Below, piece after piece: positions 24,804 to 36,938 of a stretch of 64,000 bases of DNA (positions are counted from its first letter, which is position 1; each line of letters begins with the position of its first letter). The translations under genes were made by a program, and so were the position numbers. The DNA lies in assembly GCF_018977255.1 (NCBI RefSeq), contig NW_024704821.1, forward strand, positions 124,001-188,000, written 5' to 3'. The notes beneath the pieces are model-generated. The model did no database searches. It saw only the letters and a list, made by a program, of their open reading frames with translations, and was not told the DNA's origin. The stretch comes from Callorhinchus milii (lineage: Eukaryota).

Positions 24804-25681
24804 GGACTCAGTGCACTGTAATACCCCGCGGAGTCTGTAACTCTCACATGGGATATATTTAATGGGACGGTTCGCTCCGCTTTAGACACATTCGTTGAAA
24901 AGCGTTCTTTTGCGAAGTCCGCGTGATCCGGGAACTTGTTGCTGGTGTCTGTTCTAAGGATATATTCTGGAGGTTTGTTGGGACAGTGACGGTACCAGAA
25001 CAGATAGGGATTATTGTCGTTTGTAGCTGTGTAATTACACTGCAGATAAACAGTCTCCCCTTCTTTCACTGTTACAGTAGATTGGAGCTGTGTCACAGAG
25101 TCTGCTCCACAATGTCCTGAAAAACAGAGAGATATCAGCGTTCAACACAACAGCAACAGCAATACAAATCGATTTAATAATTGGATTTTTTGTGGCCGCT
25201 AATCACATGGTTCAGACGTCTGCAAATGCTTCACGGAATATATCTTTGCTTTGTAGTTTGTGGGCGAAACGTGGCTGGTAATTGCGTGCAACATTCTCCC
25301 ACAAAGAGCATTGCATTGAATGAACGCATTCTTATTGTTATCAAAATTACAATTATTTTTAAGCATTACTTCCCCCCGAAATCTGATCCAATTAAAAAAT
25401 GTGTAGCTATTTAGCGCTGGGTAAACAGAGGTTTGTATTTGTAGTGTGAGGAATCTCGACTCATGTCACGCCCGGGAACCGAACCCACTTCCTCACGCTT
25501 CCGAGGCCAGTTCGATCTCCGCTGAGTAACAGGACTACATGAATCATGCAGCATATTGGATATTTAATGCAATATCACGTAGACATTGGAGGATATGTGC
25601 AGTAACCAGACGGATAGATCTAATGTATGGCTTACCTGACAAGGCAATGATGGCTGCTGCCACATAGATATACATTGTCAT
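24804..25681 (-). CDS. TCR V segment V10 (family A), open frame but C104S (ORF class)
   Basis: Leader 25681-25636 (MTMYIYVAAAIIALS); V exon 25116-24804 in frame, with WYRHCPNK and YYSALS. RSS: CACAGTG 24803-24797, 23 bp, ACAAAAACT 24773-24765. Confidence 0.85.
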
Positions 25682-26920
25682 GTGTATCTGTTGGCGCGGG
25701 GCGTTGAGAAAGCGTTGATGGTGTCGTTTGGGAATATTGGCTGGAAGGCAGTAAGATACCGTGAGGAGGGCTGCACAGCAAATGACATACAGCAGTTGCT
25801 ATGTACTGTGAGGGAGCAGGTCTGTGGGTCATATACAAACCTCGTGTCTCTGTCATTTTGCGTCATCTTCCCTGCCCTGCCATCTCCCTCCTCCATTGGT
25901 TCTTTTCCATCAAGGATATGTTTTTGTTCAGCTGGGTGTCTGATAGCTGCTGCGAGTTGAACCCATATTTAGTTTCATCCAAAACATATGCTTGAGTTCT
26001 GCCTATGAATGCCATCTGTGCATGAAAATAAATGAATAAATAAATGTGGAAAGGAACTTGATTTATGTCCCTGGTTTGTTATGTTTCGCAGTTTACTTGG
26101 CACAGAATGGCAAGAAACATGACTTGGGGAGGCAAACCTACCTTGAGCTACATTCAGATTATATAATCAATAATTCACTTTCATTATTACTGTCTAGTCT
26201 TGTTTACGCCAACTGTCTGCATGGTTACCGCTCCTTGCCTTCAGAACCTACAGAGTATCCACAAATTTGCATCTAAGACAGTAGCTATGATAGCATTTGA
26301 TGTATCTCTCCCTCGTGACATCAAGATCTCGCAAAGGCCTTCACTGTATATAATGGTAACAATCATTATAACAGCTATTGGGTTTCATATACCGCCTAGT
26401 CACATCTTCTAGTAGTCTCAACGGACCTCAGCGAGTATGCAACAATAACAAAGATACATTTTTAAATTGTATTACATTCAAGCGAAATCATTGATTATTT
26501 TTCGGGTGAAATAAGGCAGTCAATTGAGCTAATCCATGTCCTTTGAGCAATCTTATGTTGAATAACTAAATGCTCTTAATTATTATACTTTTAAAAACAG
26601 GTTTGAGGGATTATTCCACGCAGCAATGCAATCTGACAATCGACTGAGCGAGCTTTTTCCTTCTTACTGCTATGTAAAACGAAGTTTGCGTGTGGAGTAG
26701 AGAAATTTGTTTCTTCCTGTCTCGCCTTGGAATTGAGCCCAGGTCCTCTCGTTCAAAAAAAATAAGCTACAAGAAAACACAATCCTGCAGACATAATACG
26801 AAAGTGCCGTCATTAACAAGAAAGTTGAGGCTGATCAGTTACTATGATGAACAAAAGGGGAATTGCTGGCTGATCTCTGGAGGTTTTTACAAGGCCTCTC
26901 TATGTGATTGACTCTCTGTG

Positions 26921-27085
26921 TCTGCCCTTTACCAGTAAGTGCCTTCTTTCCCTGTAATTCTCAGATTACTGCTCCTGTCTCTGCAGTTCATTGCATTCAT
27001 TTCATCCTTTCCTTCTGCTACTCTCCTGGCGTTCCATTTACCAAGTGTTGAAGTGTCTCGTTCGGATACTGTCTGTACCATTGTA
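26921..27085 (-). pseudogene. Degenerate 5'-truncated V remnant (family D), paralog of 8812-8975
   Basis: Same decayed WYRQYPNETL..HLV.. sequence. Heptamer CACAGAG 26920-26914, 23 bp, GTAAAAACC 26890-26882. Confidence 0.85.
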
Positions 27086-27296
27086 AGGCTTCATTCTGTC
27101 CACCAATCGATTTGCAAAAAGGTTCCTACATATCGACAGGTAAACAGGCGCATGTGGAGTAAGGATATTTGCCCACCGTTTTGCCTTACCGGGAATCGAA
27201 CCGAGGCCCCCTTTTGCCAGCGAGTTCTGTCACTATTCAGTTGCAGTACCTCCAGGATGTTTTTGTACAGGTGCCTCTTCGACACACAGCACTGTG

Positions 27297-27750
27297 CTCA
27301 CCGCACACAAGTAAGAAGCGGTGTCTGTCGCTCGCACGTCTTGGATCGTTAGAGTGCTGCTTTTCCCTTTGCTATTAACCAAAGCTCTTATCCTGTCCTT
27401 CACGTTGATATCTCTTGTTCCCAAAACCAAGAACCGGATGGAGCCGTTGCCGTACTGTGTGTACCACTGAAAGTTAGGGCTAAGCAAAGTGGTGGTGCAC
27501 TCCAGAGATACATTTCCATTTTCGGTCGCTGTCATGGCCTGAGGTCTCTGTGATACGTCGCTTTCAGCCAAAACACCTGGAAAACAGAAACGAACATTGC
27601 TGGAAATAAATTCGGAACATAGCTTCAACGAAAATTTTTAATTATTTAGCAGTAAAACAAGCATTTATGTCCAAACTCATACATTACTTACACCGCAAAA
27701 ATACTGTTAAACTATAAATCATATATGTTGCCTCTGTAATTGTGCTTCAT
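27297..27750 (-). CDS. TCR V segment V11 (family C), V exon intact, leader has +1 indel (status uncertain)
   Basis: V exon 27576-27297 open. Leader 27750-27692 is 59 nt (58 in V4; extra base at 27731-27732), but an internal in-frame ATG at 27722 gives MIYSLTVFLR. RSS: CACAGTG 27296-27290, 23 bp, ACAAAAACA 27266-27258. Confidence 0.82.
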
Positions 27751-29300
27751 TCTCAACACTCGTTGATTCACGTGAAAATCTTTCGCTGAAAATGCAACGG
27801 GAAAATCATCCATAGGTAGTGTCTGGTTTATGAACGTTCATTTGAGGAGTTATCTCTGATGCCCGCGTCATTATCTTTTCTCTGGTCATTGCTGGAGGTG
27901 TATTGCGACTCCTCCTATCGTTGATGTACAGATTCCTTCGCCTCGCTGTGGCAAGCCACAGTAGTGTGTGAAAGATATTGTGTAGAGAGTCCGATTTACA
28001 AAGTCTCAAGGAACGAGACAAACAATAAAAATAATAATCCTTGCATTTTGATACACCGCCTTAAAGTGTCTTGGATAGTCTCGAAATGCTTCGCGGAAAA
28101 TGCAGCGAAATTAATTGGCTCTATTTATAGAGCGATGCGTGTAGCCACGTTTGCATTGCAGAAGCCCAGTCGATGATTGGGTGAACACTTCACAACATTT
28201 TGTAAGTTACTATTACCCCGGATACCGATGCGCCATTCGTTTTCCTGCTTGCGAGGAGACTGCTCTAACCACTCAGCTATAGGACCAAGATAGCTTGGAG
28301 AATCCCAGATCTTGGTAACTTGGCGACTTGCAAGAATAATATATCAGGAACCTTGTTGAGATGAATAATACGATTCTCAGTGTCGTACAGATGCCAAGTT
28401 AAGGATAGTTTAGGATATAAGGAATAAGCTTTCCAATAATCGCGGGAGTAGGACAGTGAAAGATTCCTGAAGCACTCTAACATTGTGCAGACTGATCACC
28501 TACACTTTGTGATAAACTTTGATTCGAATAATCTACGTTTCGAATGCATCTGTTGTTCATAATGGAATGTGCAAACCAAGTAAAAGGAAGAGGTTGGCAA
28601 TCTTCTGAAAACGATTGGAAATCGGGTACAATAATATATGTTATTGAATTTTTATTTTCAACCATTGGTGTCTGTGGGAAACATACCACGACACCAGAGT
28701 CACCCAGTGTTCAGGCTGAAATAATTTGTTACTAGCTGAACTCATAAAATGTTTCACTAATGTTGCATGATACCTTAAGGCCGTTGAGGACGTCTTTCGA
28801 GGATATTGTGTGTGGTGTAATAATGTACAGCGTTTTTCGGGAGCGAAAAGTGGTGGTCTATTGCACAAACAGTCAACGATTGTGTTACCAAATTGTTGTC
28901 ATTATTTTTAAGGGATTATTAATCCTGGAAAAGCGATCCGAATGACAAACCGTGTTGCTCCAACCTCAAGGTATGCAGAAGCATGTGTGCGGAGCAAACA
29001 CATTTGCCATGTTTTCCCACCCGGGAATCGATCCCAGAACTTCATGCTTGCGAACTGAATTGTCTTAAGTCTAAACAAGACACCACAGGACTCTCGACAT
29101 GATTCCCTTTAATTTGATTATATCATGTTTTAAGCGCTGCTTTGATTATAAACAAATCAGCAAATTTCGCCCTTGTCTCCAATCTGCTTGGGATTTTCTC
29201 TTAGTTAAAATACAATACAAATGCAATGACTCCCCTGGCGGTTAGCGATAAAACAAGTTGGAGTTTTTGTACGGAGCCGCCATAGTACGGCAGCAATGTG

Positions 29301-30035
29301 GGCCTTGGCGCAGTAATACACGGCACTGTCCTGATCAGGACGGTTACAATACTCAGTTCGAAATCTTCACTTGTTTTATTGACTGGAGGAAGAATCGATT
29401 TGAGAAGTCAGAGCTCATATAATCCGTTCCTGAATTGAGACGAAGTATGTAGACAGGAGCGTTCCTGGAAGCTTGTCTGTACCAGTAGAGGTAGGAGTGT
29501 CACTGATTTTCTTTAAGCTGCAGGATAATTTCACATCATTTCCTCTTCAACTGTTGTATCGCCTTTCTGTTGTTTCCACTGTTTTGCAGACTGTTCCTGT
29601 GATTCAAAAGAAAAGATAGTGGAACAGCAAGTTTGTGTTATGTGGAGCCCTGCAGTGTACTGGTGACAACATTCGCCTCACAAGCAAGAGGATCTGTATC
29701 AGGGCAGGACGAAAGCTTTGAAAATTATCCTCTCCATACGCCTTCTGTTTAATAAGCAAAATAGGAACAACGTTTAAGTCGATTGCAGTTCTATTCCAGG
29801 GGTAATTAGCCCTCCAATTAATGTTAATAAAAAGAAAGTAATAATTTGGTCTTCAATCCATGAATTTGAGTCAAAACTGTTGTCCAATGGCTCGAATATA
29901 TGAAAGGCACTATTCATAATCAGATTATTAATGTTTAATGTTGTAAAAGGTATAAAAGATATTAAAAAAGAATATACAAAGACTAACGGCAAAGTAAGCG
30001 AGAGTGATTGAGAGCACAGCACATGTCTCCCACAT
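29301..30035 (-). pseudogene. TCR V segment V12 (family E), multiple small indels, possibly sequencing errors in a functional gene
   Basis: Leader 30035-29988 (48 nt versus 49); V exon 29596-29301 (296 nt versus an expected 304) still encodes YLYWYRQ and SAVYYCAK. RSS: CACATTG 29300-29294, 23 bp, ACAAAAACT 29270-29262. Confidence 0.8.
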
Positions 30036-30094
30036 GAGCATCCTGATCCCGTGTCTGACATTAACTCCCCAATTGGATTGATGGGGCTTTTGGG

Positions 30095-30330
30095 CTCAGT
30101 AGCCACACAGTACAGCCCCACGAGCCCCGCCCACACAGCCACGCCTGCCCACGGCTACGTCACTCATCACGCCCGCCCACACGAGCCCGCCCACACAGCC
30201 ACTGCCACGCATCAGACTACGTATCAGCCACTGCCCCGCCACTGAGCCCCGCCCACAAGCCCTGCCACGCCACAGAGCCGTCACTCAGTCACTGCCCCGC
30301 CCGCACTGAGCCGCATCGCCCAATCCTGCC
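30095..30330 (-). promoter_or_regulatory. GC-box/CRE-rich tandem-repeat promoter of family-E V12
   Basis: Same repeat units (GCCCCGCCCACACAGCC, CTACGTCACTCA, GTCACTGCCCCGCCC), with a different copy number and order. Confidence 0.6.
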
Positions 30331-31469
30331 GTTTTTACAGCGCTCCGCCCACACAGCGCCCCGCCCCTCCACTCCCCCCACACAAACCACACAGTGCCAC
30401 ACAATCAGGTCACTCAATCCACAACATTGTGTGGGCCACTGTTTTACAATTTGGCTACACGTTTGGCCCACACAATACAATTCTAGGACCCACCACAGCC
30501 TTCACCCCCCACCTACAATTTCCACACACACACAATGCCGCAAAATAAGGCAACTGACACAACTTTGTGTGGGACACTGCTGCACATAATTCCATAAACA
30601 ATGACATAGTGTCACCCACTTTTCAGCGTATTCTTTGAAGAGCTTTGAGACGTCTCAATGACCTAATATTGCAGTGTATCAAATCCAACGTTTGCTTTTA
30701 TTATCGTTATTATTACATGTTGAATGGACATGACCTTACAAATGTTTTTACTATTCGTGTTTCAGAAATGCTTTTAGCCAACAAAGCCTTGTCATTTAGT
30801 CGATACGCCTCAGACCTCCTCAAACAAGTTGGCCTCCAATTTGTATACAACACTTTCCCACAAACAGCTATGAATGAAAGATGAATTTAACCGATGGAAA
30901 GTTTGTCCAGACACCTGTGGAAAACTTGTTCTTTCTCGAGCATTACAATGGAAACACAAAAGTCCCTTCATGCAAGACGCCTGGACCTGGGTTTAATATC
31001 TCCTCGGTAGGACAAGCTTCACCCACAGTACAGACAGCCAGGCCTGCTCTAGAGTGTCAGACCAGAACAGCAGAACACAATCCAATCTGAATTTCACAGT
31101 GAGCACTTCGGTCGCTTTTGAATGTTTCAGTTGCGGGATGACATATCAATGATCTTTTATAATTATATTGTAATAAACGTAATAAATAGCTTAATGTTCA
31201 CGTTTAATGTAGTTGCCTGAACAAACTGTGAGGAGCAGATTTTTTTTTCACACTGCCAGTTGTTCTGATCTTGAATGCATTGCCTGAAAGTGTGGCAGAA
31301 GCCGATACTGTAACAAATGTCAACAGAGAATTGCTGTACCGCAGCGAAAACAATTTAAGAGCGGCTGCTAATCGAGAATAAAGGCAATAATTAAAATAGG
31401 TGAGATAGAAATTGTTTCATGAGCAACCTAGGCCTTATGTTAATACTTTAGGCAAATATTTGTAAATTT

Positions 31470-31645
31470 CTGTTGAAGCAGCAATAGTGTGTATGAGTGA
31501 AATATGTCAACTGCAACAGGAAGCACCTGTTACTGCTGCAAAGGAAGGTAGTTACAGAAAGGAGCGTGACGTGTTATGTGAGTTGCAGCTCATGTTATTT
31601 GTGTTTGTTTAGTGCGCCATCTGCTGGTGGATTGTAGCTACAACA
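31470..31645 (-). promoter_or_regulatory. Ets/E-box/CTCF-like module, copy 6 (best CTCF match)
   Basis: AGGAAGCACCTG 31518-31529; CCAGCAGATGGCGC on minus at 31627-31614, matching CCASYAGRKGGCRS. Confidence 0.65.
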
Positions 31646-32114
31646 CGTACACAATTGGAGAGGTTTCATAGCATAATTATTTTGGGCCCGTCTTACCTTT
31701 CCTTGGTGCTATCTTCTCCATAGGAAGTTTATGCATTAGTCTAATTTCCCTGCTCGTCCCACATATTTTATCTTCCTCTCTAGAACATTCGGACATTCGG
31801 TGTCATTCACGTTCTTTTACATTGACGTGTCTCTCTGCTAACACTTGCTGTGCCACTTGCTCCTCCATTTCTATTCAATTCCTTGTCCTATTATTTCATC
31901 GATTATATCATTTGACTGAACAATTAGCTGACTTGGAGCATTTTGCACCAGAGTGACAGCATATTGATATTTATTCAAGTCGGTTCACGTCAGGAGGACG
32001 TCGCAATGCAAATGTGCTCACTAGTCTTTAAATGAAATTTAATGTTCATACTTCTTTAACTTCAATACACTAAATTGTTTCGTTTCTTCAGTGACTCGCC
32101 AAGAACGCTCCCAT

Positions 32115-32450
32115 ACGTGGAAAGCGCTAAATAGGAATAGGAGCAGACCATCAGGTCCTTGAGTTTGTTCCAACGTTATATTACATTATGGCTGATTTAT
32201 CTCTCAACACATATTCTAACCTTTTCTTCATAACCCTTGATATTCTGAGCTAAAATAAATGTATCCAACTCAGTCTGGAATATATGAATGGAACCAAGAT
32301 TTCCAGAATATTTGTGGAAGTTTTCCAGATTTCCTTAAATTTTTCCTAATTTTTTTCCCCCAATTTCTCTGCTAACTGGAATGGCTCTAATGCACCCTTA
32401 TTCTGCATTCCCCCAACCATCAGAAGAAACAGTTTCTCTTCAGATAGTTT
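32115..32450 (-). mobile_element. Degenerate CR1 LINE 3' fragment
   Basis: Paralog of 640-965. Confidence 0.6.
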
Positions 32451-32584
32451 TTGTTTAAGCAATTTAAACGGAAATTGTTTGATTTTATGTTTACTTACTT
32501 AATAATGCAGCATAGAAAGAATCGTACATGTGGCAGCGCTCCCCAGAAAGCAAGACATTTTGTATTATTACTTTGATGATAAGA

Positions 32585-33012
32585 TGACTACAGTTTATAA
32601 CAATAATAATTATAGTTGCATTTGATATAGCGCCATATCACATCTTCGAGACGCCACTCGGTGCTTCATTCAATATACAGTAAACGAATTGACTGCATAT
32701 TGTGAGGGGCAGTGATTGAGTGACGTAGCGTGGCAGTGGCTGTGTGGGCGAAGCACGGCAGCAAATTGTAATTATCGGTGACTCATTGGATGAAGTGACC
32801 ACTTTATTATTAACACTGTTATTCAGAAGGAATTATTGCCTCTGAAAAATCGATACTCCAACCGATTAACAACCTGCTTCCAATTTACTGCTGGTAACCA
32901 GAGACTAGTGTGTGGAATAAGGTAAGTTGCGCAATGTTTCGTTCTGCAGGTCATTGAACCAACGTCTATCGCTTGTGAGGCGAGTGCTGTAACGACTGAG
33001 CCACAGGACCCC
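32585..33012 (-). mobile_element. tRNA-SINE behind the V13 nonamer, carrying a 40-bp foreign insert
   Basis: Head GGGGTCCTGTGGCTCAGTCG..GGTTCAATGAC; insert at 32706-32745. Confidence 0.75.
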
Positions 33013-33058
33013 ACATGGCAGTTTTTGTAGGGCGGATCCGCTGATCTGTGTCGCTGTG

Positions 33059-33905
33059 GGGCTCAGTGCACAGTAATACCCCGCGGAGTCTGTAACTCTC
33101 ACTTGCAATATATTTAATGGGACGGTTCTCTCTGCTTTAGACAAATTCGTTGAGAAACGTTCTTCTGCAAAGTCCGCGCCGTTCTTGATCCTGTTGTTGG
33201 TGTCTGTGCTAAGGATATATTCCGGAGATTTGTTGGGAAAGTGACGGTACCAGAACAGATAGGTATTGTATTCGCTTGTAGCTGTATAATTGCACTGCAT
33301 GTAAACATCCTCCCTTCAGTCACTGTCACAGTAGATTGGAGCTGTGTTATAGCGTCTCCTCCACAATGTCCTGGAAACCAGACCCATATCAGCGTTCAAT
33401 ACCATAACAATAATCATAATACAAATTATTGCTTTTCATACAGCGCCATACTACATCATTGCGTATCCAAATGCTTCATAGAATATTCTGAGAAGGTGTA
33501 TTGTGTGGGCGACAAGTGGCAGCAAATTGGGCAGAGCATTTTCCTAATAAAAGTTAATGGAATGACTGATAGCATTATTATCACTGGTACCCGTTAAGAG
33601 ATTATTAACACCGAAAACTGATCCGATGATCGACCAACGAACGGGTACCTACATATCTCGATGTAAAAAGCGGTGCGTGTGTCGAAGGAAGGAACTTGCC
33701 TGAGGTTCCGCTGTATCCAAGGCGGGAACTAAACCCAAGTCAACACGTTTGCTGCAGGAATGCATGAGTCGTGTACCGTATTGGTTATGTAATGCAAAAA
33801 TATATATTCTTTGGATATATGCACATGAAGCAGACTAATAGAGCGAGTTTGTCGCTTACCTGACAAGGTAATGATCACTGCTACCACATAGACATACATT
33901 GTCAT
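33059..33905 (-). pseudogene. TCR V segment V13 (family A), single -1 homopolymer frameshift, otherwise intact
   Basis: Leader 33905-33860 (MTMYVYVVAVIITLS); V exon 33370-33059 (312 nt) with GGG instead of GGGG at 33312-33314; YYCALS intact. RSS: CACAGCG 33058-33052, 23 bp, ACAAAAACT 33028-33020. Confidence 0.82.
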
Positions 33906-34642
33906 ATGTATTAATGTCACGGGACGTTGTGAGAGCGTTGATGGTGGAGTTGGAGAAAGTTGGCTGGGAGGCTGTAAGATACCGTGAGGAGAGCTGAACA
34001 GGAAATAACATACAGAAGTTGTCATGTACTCTGAAGGAGCTGGTCTGAAGGTTATGCACAAAACTTGTGTCTATGTCATTGTGCGTCACCTTCTCTGCTC
34101 TGCCATCTCACTCATCCAATGGTCCTCTTCCATCAGTGACACGTCTTTGTAGAGCAGTGTGTCTGCACCAAGTTACACCCATATTCCAGTTCACGAAAAC
34201 ACACACATCAGTTCCACATATATATGTCATCTTCACGTGTAAATGTGCCTATGGAAACGATTTTTTTCTTTCTCCCTGGAGGAACGCATAGTGTTTTCTT
34301 AATTTAACAGATTACTGGGTGCTGACAGGCAAGAGACAAGATTTGGTGAGGTATATCTATTTTGGGCTACATTCTGGTACATTAGTTCTCTTTTGTTGTT
34401 ATGTTCAGCCGCTGTCTGCTGGCAGGAAAAAGCGTTTTTTCCATAGAACCGGTTCCCCTAGCTGCAAAACGACTGCTTAATCCCACACACAACAAGACAT
34501 CACAGCCTGTTTACACCACTCTCCTTCTTATCATTGTATAACTACATCAGTTTGTTGAAAGCACCAAATTAAATGTGTGAGCGGAAGTCATGACTTTCTG
34601 CTGAGTTTTTGTACGGGGTATGCGCCTTCCTGTAACAGTGTG

Positions 34643-35419
34643 GGGTCCAGGGCACAGTAATATACAGCGCTGTCACCCACAACGGCACTGAGTATCTGCA
34701 TCTTAATTACTTTATTCTCCTTGATCAGCTCAGCAGTGAAACGTTCAGGTAGATCAGGAGATTTAGGTACCTTTCCAGAGGTAAATATCTTGAGCGCGTA
34801 TTGAAGAGCTCCGCCGGGGTTTTGCCTGTACCAGAAGACAGTATCCAATCTTGAAATATTGCAGTTTACTGCCACGTCTTGCCCTTCAATTTCTGTTTTC
34901 TCGCGAGGATATTGTGATACAACATCTTGCCCGCTAACTTCTGCAAGAACAAGAGCAACACATTTTTCTGAGCAACTTATAATTTGCTTTTATCCACTTT
35001 ATAGAGCACGTTACCGCACAGTACATCAGTCTCAAAGAAACCACAGAATATATTGCAAAGCGAATTGATTATATCTTTTGCGAAACTGAGCAGATAATTG
35101 AAAACCGCAGTATTCCACCGATATATTGTCAATTGATTTATACGATAATGGGTTATTGACCTCCGATAGCGATCGGGGAATCGACTATCAACATGTTTCC
35201 TACATAATGCTGTGGAAACAGATTGGTGAGGTGTGAGCAAACGCATTGAAAGGTTTCATTGCCCTGCAATCAAACTCGGGTTCTCTCGCTGGTGAGGCGA
35301 CCTCTCTAAACATTATGCTTCGGAATGTTTATGATGTAAAGTTCATGCGCTGGGTATGTCCTCACACACTTACTGGCTATGGTGAGGACTGCTATCAGTA
35401 ACTGGCAGTGAGGTGTCAT
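34643..35419 (-). CDS. TCR V segment V14 (family B), apparently functional
   Basis: Leader 35419-35374 (MTPHCQLLIAVLTIA); V exon 34940-34643 ending DSAVYYCALD. RSS: CACACTG 34642-34636, 23 bp, ACAAAAACT 34612-34604. Confidence 0.9.
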
Positions 35420-36389
35420 GTTGGCTGCTTAGGTGTGGACAGATAATGGGATCTCTTCCTTTGTATATCGCTGTGTTGCTGCTTCAGTGACCATTGTGAG
35501 AAGCGGCTGATCTGACGGGTTCAGTGGTTTACTGTCTCCAATTGTAGGCGTTTCCCACTAACCAGAGGATCTTGAACTCGATCTTCTCCGATTGAAGCGA
35601 ATGGGTCTGGGTTGGATGGGAATATTGCCGCACGTATCACACAACAACAATTCATTTTACTGTTTAATGAGTGAACCGATTTGAAGTGAATCGTTGAGCC
35701 ATGCAGCAGAGCCTAAAGGAATAAGGTTCAGTTTCTGTCATCAAGGCTGAGTAACAACTTTTCCGCTTTTGATGTCACTTTCTCTAATGAGGATCTTGAA
35801 CTTGATCTGCCGCGGATTGGAGGCTAGTAGGTCTGGGCGAGGTTGCGAGGAGTGCGTTTCACCCACTAACAATTTGCTTTACTGTTCATTTGTGAAGCGC
35901 TTCAGGACGCCTTCGAGACGCAGTATGGATGTATATCAAATGATTAAATGGCATTTTTATTTTCAATACTGTTCTGAATGCATTCATTTGGTTGATCTTG
36001 AACAATGCAGCCTAGCTTTAAAAAAGGTTTACTTTCTATCAAGGCTGAGTTGAAAACCGGCATCTGTTATTGGTACTTTCTCCTATGTGTCTGAATGTTA
36101 TTGGTTCTGGACCCAGATCGACAGTTTGAGCTCCCAGTGTATCAGAGATTGCGTTTCAATTCTTACATTAAGTTAAACGAGGTCAGTTGTAATCTCGTTT
36201 TCAAATTAAACAAACATAAATGACCATATACCATAACAAAATTTATCACATTTTTTATCTCAGTGTGAACCACATGAGGGCGAAAGCTTCTGGTAGAGAA
36301 AGACAACACATCTAAAAAGTGACACAAATACTGTTCTTTGAGTAATCTAAATTTTGTGCCAATCATGATTTAGACAAGGTTTTTGCACG

Positions 36390-36545
36390 TCAGCTGAAGC
36401 AGCAATATGTATGTCAGGAAACTATGTCAACTGCAACAGGAAGCACCTGTCAGTGACATAAAGGAACGTGAAAAGGTATGTCAGTCGCAGCTCATGTTAT
36501 ATTATTTTTAGTGTGACATCTGCTGGTGGATTGCAGCTACAGCAT
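36390..36545 (-). promoter_or_regulatory. Ets/E-box/CTCF-like module, copy 7
   Basis: AGGAAGCACCTG 36438-36449; CCAGCAGATGTCAC on minus at 36526-36513, with one core mismatch. Confidence 0.5.
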
Positions 36546-36938
36546 GTGTACATTTGGAGACAGTTGATTGCAAATTATTTTCGGCCCGTCTTAACTTTCC
36601 CGCTATGAATGTCGCTACGTAGATGCAAGTTAATGTTTCTTATTGTTTCCTACTTGTTCAAATAGCAGAGAAGGACAATTCCAGTGTTGGTCTACCCGGA
36701 TTGCAAAATATATGAAGATATTTCTGTGAAAATAACATGAACGTATTTAGCAATAATAATCGTTGCATTTATTATAGTGCCAAACCACATCGTCGAAAAG
36801 CCTCAAAGCGCTTTGCCGTGAATGGAACACACGTATCTCGCTTGCTTGCTGCTTGCGAGGTGTGTGCTATAACCACTGAGCTACAGGACTCCACATGGCA
36901 GTTTTTGTAGGGCGGAGCCGCTGATCTGTGCCTCTGTG

